DNA of 62,398 bases, filler included, from Choristocarpus tenellus KU-1152 (Eukaryota > Protista > Phaeophyceae), in the NCBI GenBank assembly GCA_964200185.2. It is 12 parts of 12 records of this genome, joined end to end, with 100 filler letters (N's around TTAATTAATTAA, not from the genome) between each part and the next. Parts side by side here need not be neighbours in the genome. Positions count along the whole stretch, not along the records: positions 39,103 to 42,038 come from CAXNAD020023529.1; positions 42,139 to 45,062 come from CAXNAD020023622.1; positions 45,163 to 52,267 come from CAXNAD020006688.1; positions 52,368 to 56,273 come from CAXNAD020017216.1; 8 more parts are not named here. One strand, 5' to 3'. The translations under genes and the position numbers were made by a program. The first letter of the stretch is position 1. Each line of letters begins with the position of its first letter. Shown here one piece after another: positions 39,909 through 53,103 of the stretch. A model generated the notes under the pieces. The model worked only from the letters and a program-made list of their open reading frames with translations, did not search any database and was not told the origin of the DNA.

Positions 39909-41899
39909 ATCTATTGGCCGAGGGGCAGGTTTCTGACCAATGCTGAGGAAGCGCTTAAGGAACAGTTCCACCCCAAAATTTGTCATCGCAGAACCAAAGA
40001 ACATGGGACTTTGTTCCCCCTGAAGCACCCGGTCCATATCCAGTGGTTCCATAAGCCTGTTGGAGCAAGGAGCAGGCGATGAGCTCATTGCCAGTGGGGA
40101 GGTTTCTCAACTTGGGACTTTTTATCATTTTATTTCGAGGTAAACAAGACATGCCAGGCGTGTTACCACCACTCACTAATATGTTGGTCTTACAATAATA
40201 CAACAGGCGAGGGGGATGAGATAAAAGGGAAGTGTGTGCGTGTGTGTGTGTGGGAGGGTATTGTGCACTGGGGGTGGAGGGGGGAAGAGAGGAGGAAAGA
40301 ATAGAGTGTTTTGCCTTATCTCATCTTTATAACTCTGATACATACAAACATTCTACACTCAGTAGTCCATGCCGGAATGTTATAGAAGGGTTGTACATAT
40401 CCATCTCTTTGGTCTAGGTCCTACTGAGTCAAACTAACATGCAAGGGTGGGTGGGTGGCTAGTCCGTTTACATTTTGAATGTGCTTTTTTTTTCTCTTTC
40501 CAACTTGCCTATTTAAGAAGACAAAAGACATTTGAGGTGTATCGTTGACAAAGTTAAGACGCTTCCTTCCAATACAAAACCTGATTACACTCGCAAAAAA
40601 AAAGATAAATCGACATCAATATCACAAAAATAAAAAGAAAGACTGCATACACACACACACAGACACACACATAACACACCTCTGGACCGTACGCTACAAA
40701 ATAAAGAAAAATAAAGAAAAATGCACCACCACCAGGAACTAACTCAGAGGGGTCATTCAAAATTAGCAGTAACCTCGATACGAAAAAAGAAAAGACCTCA
40801 GTCTTACACATCACAGTAGTACCATATTACTTCTAACAAAATTGTACTGTTATTATCATGCTGCATTAACAGTGCACAAACACAGACATACAGACATACC
40901 CATCCAGCATCTCTACGTCTTCCATGAGCTGATCGTACAGCTCCTCTGATATGACTTCCTTCAGCAGGGGGTCGTCCAACTCAAGCTCTCCCAAATCTGT
41001 TGCTTTCTGGGTGCGTCCCCCTCTTTGAAAGAGGTGTACCAACTTAGTGTCTCGATCAAGCACCCCCTGTACTTTTCACACCAATGCAAAAAGGGATGAG
41101 AGGTGACATCACCAAAATAATATTAGGGTTAGGACAAAATATACTCGTGTGTTTATCTGTGGGTGGGTGGTTATTCCTGATAATGGCAGCATTTATTTGT
41201 GGGAAGACCATTCGTTGGCCCTCCTCGGAAAAGCCCACTAAAATATACAAACTCCTGTCCATGGTACATAGTTGTACAGACTAGGGGCGGGGAAGAATAA
41301 AATGAGGTGTTTTTGATATTATATGTACTTTCAAAAGGACTGTGTACTGGAAGGGTAAGGTTTCTCGAAGGAATAAACATATATATATATTAAAAAAAAG
41401 TTACGTATCTCCCCCCCCCCTCCCCAATATACAAAACAATATTCTACTGTCAGGAGGCATCCAACCAAACTCGTCTGAAATTAAATTTACGCACAGGAGA
41501 TGTATCAATCAAAACCAACAGCCTGTATGCCCCACTCACTCAAACACAACAAGCACACTTTTCCGTGCAGCCTCCTCCACCCAACCACCAATCATCTTCC
41601 AACATAAATAAAATGAAAATGAAAATGAAAGTAATAATACCAATAGATAAAAAAGTTGGCCTGCCTTGGTACCACAGGAAAACAAACCCTCCAATATCCG
41701 GGCCCCAAAAGAAAGGGTTAGGGTGGTACACCAGCATGCATGCCTGGAAGTTGGGCCCATCCCCAATAGGCCAAAGCACTGGGGCCATCTTCATCCGAAA
41801 TTCGTCCTCAATCTGATCCACAATCTCGTAGGGAGTTAGCGCTGGCCGGTCCATCTTGTTCACAAACGTGAAGATGGGCAGATCCCGCATTTTGCACAC
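39909..41899 (-). CDS. prfC: Bacterial-type peptide chain release factor 3 (probably organellar), three internal exons (41899-41744, 41066-40900, 40056-39909)
   Basis: VCKMRDLPIFTFVNKMDRPALTPYEIVDQIE..PVLWPIGDGPNFQ|GVLDR..ELYDQLMEDVEMLDG|LMEPLD..QSPMFFGSAMTNFGVELFL..PAPR; NKMD G4 motif and FFGSAMTNFGV signature; phases consistent. Confidence 0.9.
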
Positions 41900-42168
41900 C
41901 TAAGAAAAAAGAAAAGAAAGAAGTCAACTTGCGTACTGCACAAAAAAAAAAATACCGACTCAGACGCACACGCATCCTTTGTTGCACAAAAAAAATAGTT
42001 TCAATACAGTACCTTTTTTTTTTTTCCAAAAAAAAAAGNNNNNNNNNNNNNNNNNNNNNNNNNNNNNNNNNNNNNNNNNNNNTTAATTAATTAANNNNNN
42101 NNNNNNNNNNNNNNNNNNNNNNNNNNNNNNNNNNNNNNGTACAGTTCACTATTGTTCTATTTTGCAAA

Positions 42169-45062
42169 CTCCCCCATGAGAGTGCGGGCAATGAAAAGTT
42201 GCTGGAACTCTCAAACCTAAAGCATCTTACTATGCACACTACCCATTCTGCACACTTCCCATGAAAATGGAAGTAAAAGGTGTCAGATTGGTTCAGTTCT
42301 CACACACATCACATTTATCTTGTTAACGCACTAAGAGAACGCAGATTACTTCAAGATTAACACACGACATTCATCTAGTCAATATAGTGTCTACAAAGTC
42401 TTCTACCTGCTTCTTGCGAAGTCTTTTGGTCAATATGTCTGCAACTTGGAGTGTCATGGGAATATATTTTATTGTAAAAAATCCTTTGTTAACATACTCC
42501 CTGGTGCAATATAGTTTAATATCTACATGCCATGTCCGTCCATTGAAGCCTTCAGTTACTGCTGCTTGGATTGCACCTCGATTATCTCCATACCAAACCG
42601 TGGCCCCTTTGAGTATGCCCAGCTCCCCCAGGATGCCTCTGAGGAATATTGTATGCCTCATTCCATGCACCGTCGCTGTCCATTCTGCCTCTAATGAAGA
42701 TGTGGTTACAGCTCCTTGCATCTTGGAATTCCATGCAATTGGTGCTCCATTCATGAGTATCAGATAACCTGTCATACTCCGCCTTGATGCAGTGTCATTG
42801 CCCCAGTCTGAGTCTCCATACCCAACCAGGCCCGCATTGTCCATTTCATCACCAGCAGGATAGTGTATCCCTACTTTTGTGGTGCCCGCCAGGTATTGCA
42901 GAACATGTTGTATTCCTTTCCAGTGTCCATCGCATGGGGATGCTGCATATCTTCCCAGTTCCCGCACACTGTTGGATAGGTCTGGTCGTGTCATCCCGGC
43001 TAAGAACATAAGTTTCCCCAAGATGGTGCGGTAAGGTTTGTACCTCTGGTCCAGCTCCTCCTTGTCAGTTCTTCTGGCGTCAGGTCCATTCCTGGGCTTA
43101 AAGGTGATGGGGTACTCCGTATTTCTGTGGATCTCATTCCTTCGCGAACAATGCTCTCTGCATAGAAATGTTGATCTAGTGTGATGCCAGCCTCATCTCT
43201 GTTGATTGCCACCCCAACTAACTTGTCTGGGGTCCCGAGGTCCTGTCCTTCATATTTGGAAACATATTGCTCTTCATCCTCTTTATTTCTTCGAGGAAGT
43301 TTCCGGTCAATGAGATGTCACCCACATAGTGAAAAAGAACAGCAATCCTTCCATCTTCACTCCTTTATTATATAGGCAGGTGTCAGAATCGCTAACACTC
43401 CACCCATCAGCTAAAATTGTCCCCTTTAGCTCCTTTTACCACTCCATTGCTGATTGCTTAAGGCCATAGATAGCCCTGGCAGCTTTTACGATGGTTCCAA
43501 TGGGCAGTTGTAGCCATACATCTTCAGGGAGTGGTGCGTTCAGGTGGGCTTGAGTGAAGTCTAGGGAGTTGATGATCCTGTGTCTGTTAGCTGCTGTAGC
43601 CAGGACTGCTCCAATCACGTCAAATCCCACCACTGGACTAAATGTGCTGAAGTAGTCCACCCCTTCTTGTTGGGAAAAGCCCCGTGCCACAAGCCTGGCC
43701 TTGTATCGTTTCGATATCTCCATGTGCAATTCTTTTGATTTTGAATATAAATCTGGTTTTGACGATTCTCCTCCCTGGTGGCAGATTCTCTCCCTCATGG
43801 GAGGTTCCTTTGGTTCGTTGGCACTCCATTTCTTGTTCCATTGCCTTCTTCCAGTGTTCTGCATCAGGCCCTGCGAGGGCTTCTGCGATGGTTGATGGCT
43901 CCTGGCGGCCTATGGAGATGTCACCTGCCAGGCCCATCAAACAGTATGTATCATCCGTGCTTGATCTGAGCAGATTCACTATATTCTCTCCCAGTTCTTC
44001 TGTATCTCCAGAGTGTAAACCACTGTGGTCCACCTTGGGTTGTTCAGCTATCCTGGCTGACCTCCGTTGTCCACTAGGTGAACTCGTCAAGTTCTTTCCA
44101 ACGGCTGTTGCTTGGGGTATCGGATCGACTGCAATATCGAAATCCCGATCAGAGTCGTCTTCAGTATCAGAAATTTCTTCGTCATCCGTCGAAGTCATGA
44201 TCTCTCTCTCCCCCACGAAGTCCATGATGTGTTCGTCTGGCTCGAACATCACATGGGCTGAGGTTCCAACTTGGCCTCTTGAGGAAGCCAGATGTGCTAG
44301 CATAGAGATTTTCGATCATGTCCCATTATCATACCTCGCTTGGCGTATGGGTGAAACTTTGAACTGGTCCCTCTCCGCTGCTTGTCCTGATGAACATAGC
44401 ACTCGCTCCTCCAGGCCCGAAGCCTATCGTAGTTGAACGATTTTCCTGTTAGACGCTCGCATGGCGTCTCTCCTCCCAGGTATTCGTGTGGCATGCCTCC
44501 AGTTTTGAAGGCGACGTCCGTGATGGCAAAGAACCAATACTCGTCGCCCAGCCCAGCCTTTACCAGTTGACTCCTTGCTGCCCCCATGAGTTGCTTTATC
44601 GCCCTTTCGGCGATTCCTTTGCTCTGTGGTGTTCTCGGTGGAGAATTCCTCCGTCGGGTACCGTTGCTCGCCAGCATCCTTTGGAACTTCACCAATCTCC
44701 CAAGCTCGCCAGCACCATCCCCACTGATGCATTTGACTGGTATTCTTTCCCTGGCCATCTGGTCAATATAAGCAGCGGTTGCGTCCGTTGCTGCGTTTTT
44801 CGTTTTCAATCCCTACACCCTCTTGTCTCGGCTGCTCTTGTCAATATATACCTGAAAATATTGGTGGCCAGTGATATCTGCTTTAAAAGGTCCCGCCAAA
44901 TCTGTGTGGGCAGCCTCGCCGGGCTGCTTGGGGGTCCTGCCACCCCATTGATAACTTAGGGCCTCGGACTTGCATTCCTTGCAGGTCTCGCATTGCAGTT
45001 CTGACGCCACAGTAGCATCGGTGATCTCCAACAGTCCACGCTTCTCGAGGTGCTTGCTGAAG
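42169..45062 (-). mobile_element. Ty1/copia pol (integrase, RT, RNase H), frameshifted, with PPT
   Basis: HTDLAGP, GDGAGE, TPQSKGIAER (IN); KARLVARGFSQQEGVDY, YGLKQSA, YVGD for YVDD (RT); GYGDSDW..ADILTK (RNase H, 42371-43021); PPT GGGGGAG 42175-42169. Confidence 0.92.
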
Positions 45063-46308
45063 NNNNNNNNNNNNNNNNNNNNNNNNNNNNNNNNNNNNNN
45101 NNNNNNTTAATTAATTAANNNNNNNNNNNNNNNNNNNNNNNNNNNNNNNNNNNNNNNNNNNNGGGGGGGGGGGGATGTGAGTGTGGGACAGGTGGTTGTA
45201 GGGGGGGGAGTTGATCGGAATATTGTGGCTAAACCTTTGAGGGAGTGAAGGTGTGAGTGTGTGTGTCTTGTGACACATCTTGTATTTATTCTGTAGTCCA
45301 CTGCTCAAGAAGTTACCTCCAGTCCATGTGTGTGTGTGTGTGTGTGTATTTTTGTTTTTAAAGTTTGACATGTTTGTGAGAGGATGCTTGCTCACGATTG
45401 CTGTTGTTTTTATTCCTGTGTAGGGCGGGGAGAAACAGAATGGCGAGTTGTTGGTTTTATTTCAGGGAGGCTATTTGACCCAGGTGAATGTGATGTGGTG
45501 TGGCTGAGTCCTAGTGGTGTTGAGAAGCGCAATCGAGAGGGAGACTGTGATGGGGTGCAAGTTTGCTCAGCTCAGCTGATGGAGTCCTACGCACCTGGAG
45601 AGGGTTCAATCAACCACCATCACTGGCACTGGCTCTGTAGATTTTTCCGGGCTAACTAGTTGGCATTGACAGGCGTGCACTCTCCAGGAAATACTTGGGT
45701 AACCAACGCCTCCCCATTTATCGGCATGCCTTCAGGGGTTGTTATGAGTGTACGCCCCCCTCGCCTATTTTTTTTTTCTTTTTGTGTGAGGTTTTGATGT
45801 GAAGTGGAGTTATTATTTCCAAGTGAAGGAGGCGTGTGTGTGTGTCGTTGTCATTGTCATTGTCACGACCGCTGTGCACGGGTTATGATTAGGGTTGTTG
45901 TGAGGACTTGGCTCCTTATCCTCTGCCCAGGGCTTAAAGACGTGTTTGGACCTTGTTTGTTTTTTTTAATTGTCAAAAAGGGGAAGAAAATTCTGTAAAA
46001 TTTGAAATTTAAACTTGAAAGATATGTTTTATTTTTTTTGAGGTGCGTAAATTCTTGGACAAAAAAAAGGATGTTCACCCAAATCCCTGATTGGTGGATG
46101 CTTGCCAGGTGTTGTTTTGGACTTGAATTTCGAAAGGAAGATGTGAAGAGTTAACTTTTTGTAGGACTTCATGTCCATATTGTAGAGAGACATTAGCTGG
46201 CACACACATAGCCCAAAGTCAGGCACAGTAATTAAAGGACAAATGCCTATGAGACAGGTTTGAAAGAGTTGCCCTTGAGGGTGTGTACTTGGAGCCTTGG
46301 AGACCCTT

Positions 46309-46566
46309 GAGTGAAAGTATGTTAAAGGGCAAGTTTTGCCCTGTTTGTCCATTTGGGACTTGACTTGCCATGTTTTTTTTAAATGCCATTTTCCTACCCC
46401 AAAATATTTCGGAGTAGGTAAAGTGTATACGCTATGAAAAGGTGTGTCCAGGACAAGGATATTGACACTTCCTAACAAACAATATAGGCAAAATTACATC
46501 GAAATCGCAACATTGGATTTTGACCCCCAAATGGATGCGGCCCTACCCTCTAAGATACTTTGGTTC
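46309..46566 (-). mobile_element. MITE family A
   Basis: GAGTGAAAGTATGTTAAAGGG...TACCCTCTAAGATACTTTGGTTC. Confidence 0.85.
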
Positions 46567-47131
46567 ACCTTGTGGTGAGAAATCTTGAGCGGCGACCAGT
46601 CAGCCAGCCTCTCAGTGCAGGAGGGGTTTTTTTCTTACTTCTGCAGGAGCAGACCTATCCAGAGGCAACCTGCTTTTTTATCATTGAGGCATCACATCAC
46701 CTGCAGTCTCTGTTTGGAGGAGGAACTTAAAGTCTTCATTCTGTTGGACTTCTGTGTGTAAATAATAAGGTGGTGACCTCTACTGTAGGCAGTGGAAACT
46801 TGAGGATGGTGAGGGCTGGAACGGTGTGAAATGGCATCAAAATTCCCCCCCCTCCCACACCCTTCGCCTACCAAGTATTTTGCTTGGAGTGTCCTCTCCA
46901 CCAAAACGAAATAGACTGGGGTTGAGGTACGAGCTTTTGTTGAGGATGAGGAGAACGGGCAGCTTGTTGTCTGGACCAAGGCAACGGCGGGGAAGGTGTT
47001 GTTTTTGTATGTATATATATATATATATATATATGAATCTTCACGTGCATTGCTTGAGTGTGCGATCCGCTGGCCATCATCCATTCTTGGCGATATTGCC
47101 ATATGCTACTACCTCTCATCCATTCCGGAAA

Positions 47132-47262
47132 AAAAAAAATGTACATTCCTTGAAGTATATATTTTTTATTGTTCTCATTCAAGAAGGAATAGAAAAAAAT
47201 GTACATTCCTTGAAGTATATATTTTTTATTGTTCTCATTCAAGAAGGAATAGAAAAAAAATG
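47132..47262. repeat. 60-bp tandem duplication
   Basis: AAAAAAATGTACATTCCTTGAAGTATAT...CAAGAAGGAATAG x2. Confidence 0.9.
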
Positions 47263-48303
47263 TTGTAGTTTGGAGTATATATATATATATATTTAGCTCT
47301 AGAGCGCTTGTGCATTGTTCCGGAGACAAGCGTAGTAGTTGGAAGTAATATACGTGCAAAAGTCATCTACCTTATCTACCCTAATCCTAACTGAGCATAT
47401 TTTTATTTTGTCATTTTTTTTTATCGTTTGGGTATACTGCGCTCCGCTACCCAGACACAAGACAGCGTCAATGCGAGACGGACACCTTCCGGGTACATTA
47501 AACGATCTCATGTGACTTCCTTTGAAAAGCACAAATTGAAGTATGTGTTCCACCCACGTGTGTAGGCTGGCGAAGAAGTAGAGGGTCTGTTCTGAAGGTG
47601 AATGGACCTCCGAAAACATGAGGACTCCAAGAAGGCAATGGACGGAGGAGGTGAAGGACATGCAAGAATACCCTCATTGAAGTTGAAGTTCAACTTCGAA
47701 CCTTCCTGGAATGTGGGAATCTCCAAGGCTACTGATACGTCTCACATCAATGCCGAAGTCATTTGACTATCATTGTGACAACGATGTAATGCAATGGACT
47801 ACCGCTGCAATGATATTTCTTTCAGTGCCTTGTCCACTGCTCATCATTTTTTTCACATATTGTAAGGATTGAGAACATATTATGTAGAAGGAGAAACAAT
47901 CAAGTTGAAAAAGAATTCTGACTCTTCTCGATTCAAAGTTTTTGTTGCAGCAGGCAGGCATTTTGTTGATTGAAGTTTTTTTTTGTAGTGCACTCTGGTG
48001 CAGGACTTAAGGCGATTTATGATGACCATGTTGTTTTAAGGCTTGTCCTCACTCCTTGTAGGCGCTGTTGTCATTGATTTTGGTTTGATTAATCGATTGA
48101 TCGTGATCATTACTACTACTACTGCTGTAGAGTACAACAAGGAAGATTTTTCTAGGAAACTTGACAGGCAGATAGCTGCAATTCAACTAGAAAAAGAAAA
48201 TGATAGATCAGACAAGACTTGAACCTGAAGCAAGCATACAATCTTGTACTCAAGAGAATGTTTTTAGTGGTACCTACCTAGTTCATGAAACCGCTGCAAA
48301 CAG

Positions 48304-48442
48304 TTGTACCTGTATGTGTATGTATATCCTGGGAATATAAAACCTGACGCACAAGCAAAGCAATATGGAACAAGAGTTATTTTCGAGGAGAGCAAAAATA
48401 GTGATAAGAGCTTCGTTGTTAGGATAAGAGGTGTGTCAGATG
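48304..48442 (+). CDS. Candidate exon of an unidentified gene
   Basis: CAG acceptor, open frame LYLYVYVYPGNIKPDAQAKQYGTRVIFEESKNSDKSFVVRIRGVSD, G|GTAAGA donor; no recognised homology. Confidence 0.3.
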
Positions 48443-50770
48443 GTAAGAGCACATTGTACTCTTCTAACGAAACTATTAATGTAACAATAATTATAAACTC
48501 AAGGACTGTTATTGACCTGGATGTGGTGCAAATGCCCGTTCCCTTTCCTTCACTTCACATCCTGTACACCTCGGCTATGGTGACCAACGGTTGTAGGACT
48601 GACCTAGTCCTCAATTGAGCAGAGGTAGAATAACATTACTTTTATATTTTGTACTATTGCAAAGACTTGACGCCCGTCAATGTGCCCAATGCCCTACCTG
48701 CTCCGTAGAAGATGGATGCCAAAATCCCCCTCGTAAGACCCCCACCCCCTTCCGCACATATGTTAGATTACTAGCCATATTATTCATAGCTTGGAAATTG
48801 CAGGACACTGATCATTACATCCCCGTCTAGTGACTGTGTGACCTTGGTATTCATACCATACGAACATATCACCATTCAAATCCATGGGTTTCCAAGTGAA
48901 TATGGCGTTTTTAGTGAGCAAGGCCATCCAGCATGCCCTCTCGCCCACCTGCTTCCTCTGGCTCAGTTATTCAGGGAGGTCCTTACTTTGTTGCCCTGCT
49001 GGGAATGTTATTTCCAAATGCATAATATGGTGGTACTAACATAACAACCAAAGACCTCCAGCATGTCCTTGCCCATCTGCTTTTATTCGGACAGACCCTA
49101 GGTTTACTACCCTCCTGGGCATGTTGCTTCCAAAATGCACACGGTGTTAGTAGCGAGCAAGTGCACCCAACGTACGTTTACCCGTCTGCTTGCTCTGCCT
49201 CAGCTTCTCACGCGGGTCCTTACTTTGTTTCCCTGCTGCACATGTTCATGTATTCTTGGTTTGTGAACAAAATGGAACATGATATTCATGTTCCTTCATT
49301 TCAAAGCTCTGTTCGGTTTTCTCAGCATCAAGTCAAGCAGCCCATCTCTAACGGACACAGGTTGAAGTCACACAAACGGATTGTGAGAAAGCGCAAAGCC
49401 TTTCCATGATCTGAGTTAAGCACCAACCCAATAAATGTACACACCATTGATGTACTCCAAATAATCCGCATCAAAGACTATCAGACAGAAAAGGGATGAC
49501 CCCAAACCAAACAATAACTTGCTTGCCTACATTGGCAGGGATGGGTTAAGGAGGAGGGGGGAGGGAGGGAGGGAGGGGGGGCTACAGTGGCCTGCATTTA
49601 TTCCTAGAAGATTACTTCATTTTCCAGACCATTGCAACACAACACCTCTCTTCATACCATGCAGGAGCCCGCCCACAAAACTCGCAAGTCGTTACACTCA
49701 ACTAAAACATGCATGAACGGGCAGTCACCATGCTAATACTCTAGTAGTATAGAGTTAGTTGCCAGCTGCCAGTGGTGTGTGTTGGGGTGTTAGATACACC
49801 TTGGATTACCAACCCACCTGAAGAAACTTTCCTCGTGCAAGAAGGAGACACCCCCCTCAGAAATGACCCAATCATACGTGTCCTGTCAAGAGTCAAGATT
49901 CACTCCACATCCGCCCGAACAATCCACCCTAAACATAAAACCTGCTTGAACAAACCAAATCGAAGAAAAAGAAGAGTTTCAATGTCGCCACTTAATTAGT
50001 GCTCTCCCCCCCTTATCCCCTGTCATCTACTAGGGGGTACTATCCCCTCTTCTCCCCCACACACCCCTCCAAGCAAAAGTCTATATTAAAAAAAAATCCC
50101 CTTTCTTTTTGTCTCTTCCTCCCCTCACCTCCCTCAACACATATCATTTCAACTGGGCTAAATAAATGTAAATCCACTCTCTTCCAGAGCATCAAACAGG
50201 GAGAGCGCAGGCAGGCAGGCAGGCAGTGCCAGCTGCCAGTTCCCAGTTGCCAGTCACCTTTTCAAAAGACCAATGTCCAAATGACAATAAAAAATCAAAT
50301 ATGGCATTCAATTCAACATGCAAAAAAGAGAGACCTGCAACCGAAGACTTCCACACTCAAAACAGCATATTTCAAAATGCTCGCCTTGGCCACTCAGTAA
50401 TAAAGCCCACAATCTTCATTCCAGTAGTGATGACTTCCAGACTTACAAACAAAAGGTATACAAAACGAAAATGCTTGGTGGTACTCCACTACACACAGAA
50501 ACAGAAACAGAAACACACACACACACCATCCAGCTAACACCGTGCTTGAACATACAAAACATGAGAGGAGCAAAATCTCTGTTCATTCGAGCACACAGCT
50601 CTCCATCTCTATCTATGCAAACCGAAAAAATGAAATGGGGGCAAACCACAACCAACACACAAAAAAGCAGGCCAAGTCCACACAACACCCCCCCATTTCA
50701 GCAGGCAGCAGCAACCACAAAACAATTACTCGATGTAGAACCAACTTACTCTGCAAAAGGCGCGCGCGCG

Positions 50771-50815
<45 letters not shown>

Positions 50816-53103
50816 AGCAAAAACAAGAACGACCAACGCCAACAGGGACCACCCCGGCACGGGCTCCATTAGACGCAATCCACATGCACTCAACTCAACC
50901 CAGAACTAAACATAACAAAAAACCTTTCGCTTCCTCCTTTCAAAAGATCATGCACCACGCACTGAATGTCCCGAAGGAAAAACGGGGAATGGCAGTTACG
51001 CCACAAAACGGCGAGTTACGCCACAATAAGTCTGTTTATTATGTGCCCCAATCGCACCTAAGCGGGACTCCTCCACCGGCGCAACGGACTCAACAGAAAT
51101 CTGATTACAGCAAGTGTGTGCAATGTCTCATCCCTTAATCCTTCAACCGCCCTGCCAACCAACTACCTCCACTTCACAAACATCCTCTTCGTTGATACAC
51201 GCCTCGGGCGAATAGACAAGGACACTGCCCACTGAACTACTCACTTCTCATGCTGATTGATCCCTTCCGTTTCATTCCCTTCACACAGGTGAGCACAGAG
51301 TGCGTTCACACCCTCCTCGATATACATCACCAACACCACCCCTCTACATATTGATCCTATTACCAACCCCCCCCGCCCCCCCTTGATCCCGAGCACAGGA
51401 AAGGACCCCAAAATCAAAAGCATCCCTACCACAAATCGACCCTGTATTTCCCTGCATGCTCTTCAATAATGCAAAACAGCCACTGCTAGACCTGCCGCTC
51501 AACTTTCATCAGTCCCCTCATGTGACGTCAAGGGCCGTCATTCAAATCACAAGAAAATTATCACCACCCTGTTTGTTCGCCATCTCGCAACAATAACAAA
51601 AAAAATGATTCCAAAAATGGAAGACTTAAAAAAATGCAACACGATACCTCTTGATAATATGTACCATCCGATAGAAAAAAGGAAACACACACGCCTGTCA
51701 AGATAGGGGCATCCTTGATAACACCACAACAGTAACAGAGGGCAGAGCAACAAATTCAAGTGAGGCTTCGATTTGAACGCATAGAAGCCAGGGTAAAGGG
51801 GAGGGGGGGGGGGAGGGGGGGCGGGGAGAAATCAATTGAAGCTTAGGGGACAAGACTGGGGAAGCATCAGTAAGGGCGCCTGCTGAGAAGCAGCGCAGAT
51901 GTTTTGTTGGGAGAGCAGTTTAGGCCTGTATGTCATGGGTGATCTTGCAATCCCATGTGATCTACCATCAAACGGGCTTGCCGAAGTCCCCCCCCTCCCC
52001 CCATCCCATCCCCGCTGGTGGTGGGGGCATTGTTGTTGTGAAGATGGGAGGAATTGTCCACGAATGTGAACCCCTCAAAGGTATTGTCGTTGGACGTGAC
52101 GCTCAATCCCAACTGGATGTGACAGGACGATTGCCATCAATTCAAACACCAGGGCAAAGCGCAGTTGGGGAGGGAGGGAGGGAGGGGGGGGGGGGGGGGG
52201 GGGATGGGGGGGGGGGAGGGGGGGCACCAACGGCCTTTTTTTTGGTACGTGGGAGAGGGAGGGGGGGNNNNNNNNNNNNNNNNNNNNNNNNNNNNNNNNN
52301 NNNNNNNNNNNTTAATTAATTAANNNNNNNNNNNNNNNNNNNNNNNNNNNNNNNNNNNNNNNNNNNNGCGCCCGGACGGAGAGAGGAGAAGAGACAAGCC
52401 CCGCCCGGGGGGGGTGGGGGGGGGGGGGGGGGGGGGGGGGGGGGAGGAGGGTTGCGAAATGTCTCGCCTACGCATCTCAAAAGTATGTTTTGTTGAAATA
52501 TCGAGCCTCAGATGAAACCACAACTCTCATACTGAATATTTCTCAAACCAAACGATATTATTGAAGAATATTGTGCTGTCCGGAGTACTTTGCACCTAGA
52601 CATAGCCTCCTCAATAATTGAAACAAGTATGCATGTTTCCCCACCCACATCCCATATTTCCTTCTGGCCTTTGTATGGTCCAATGCACTGACTCTCCAAC
52701 CTACTGGTGTTGCATACTTCGAAGTACAATATATAACCTCCATTTTTCTTTGCTTTTCTATCCTGCCGTAGTAGTTCTCATACAAACACTCTGTTAGCAC
52801 AGACATGGATACATGCTAGATGAAATGTTGTTGTATGTACTGAACCTTACCCAGCGTAAACCATCGGATTTCTTCCTTGAAGCTTTTGGCAGCTTCCCAA
52901 CCCTTCCATCATGACATACACTTACAGATGCCCATACACAATAAAAAATACTTCCTCCGTATACACGTTTGGCAGCTCTAAACAGTTACCTATGTAATCT
53001 CACCTATACTCAGATGCGTGCAAACAAACATACACACACACATGTACCCAAATGACAAAAACCTGATCTTTGCACACAAGAGGACCTTTCTGACTATATC
53101 TAG

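Noticed and set aside
43684-44959. Plus-strand 250 aa and 157 aa ORFs
   Set aside because: Antisense shadows of copia pol
50318-51138. 184 aa and 198 aa ORFs
   Set aside because: Low-complexity and microsatellite-driven, with no recognisable motif
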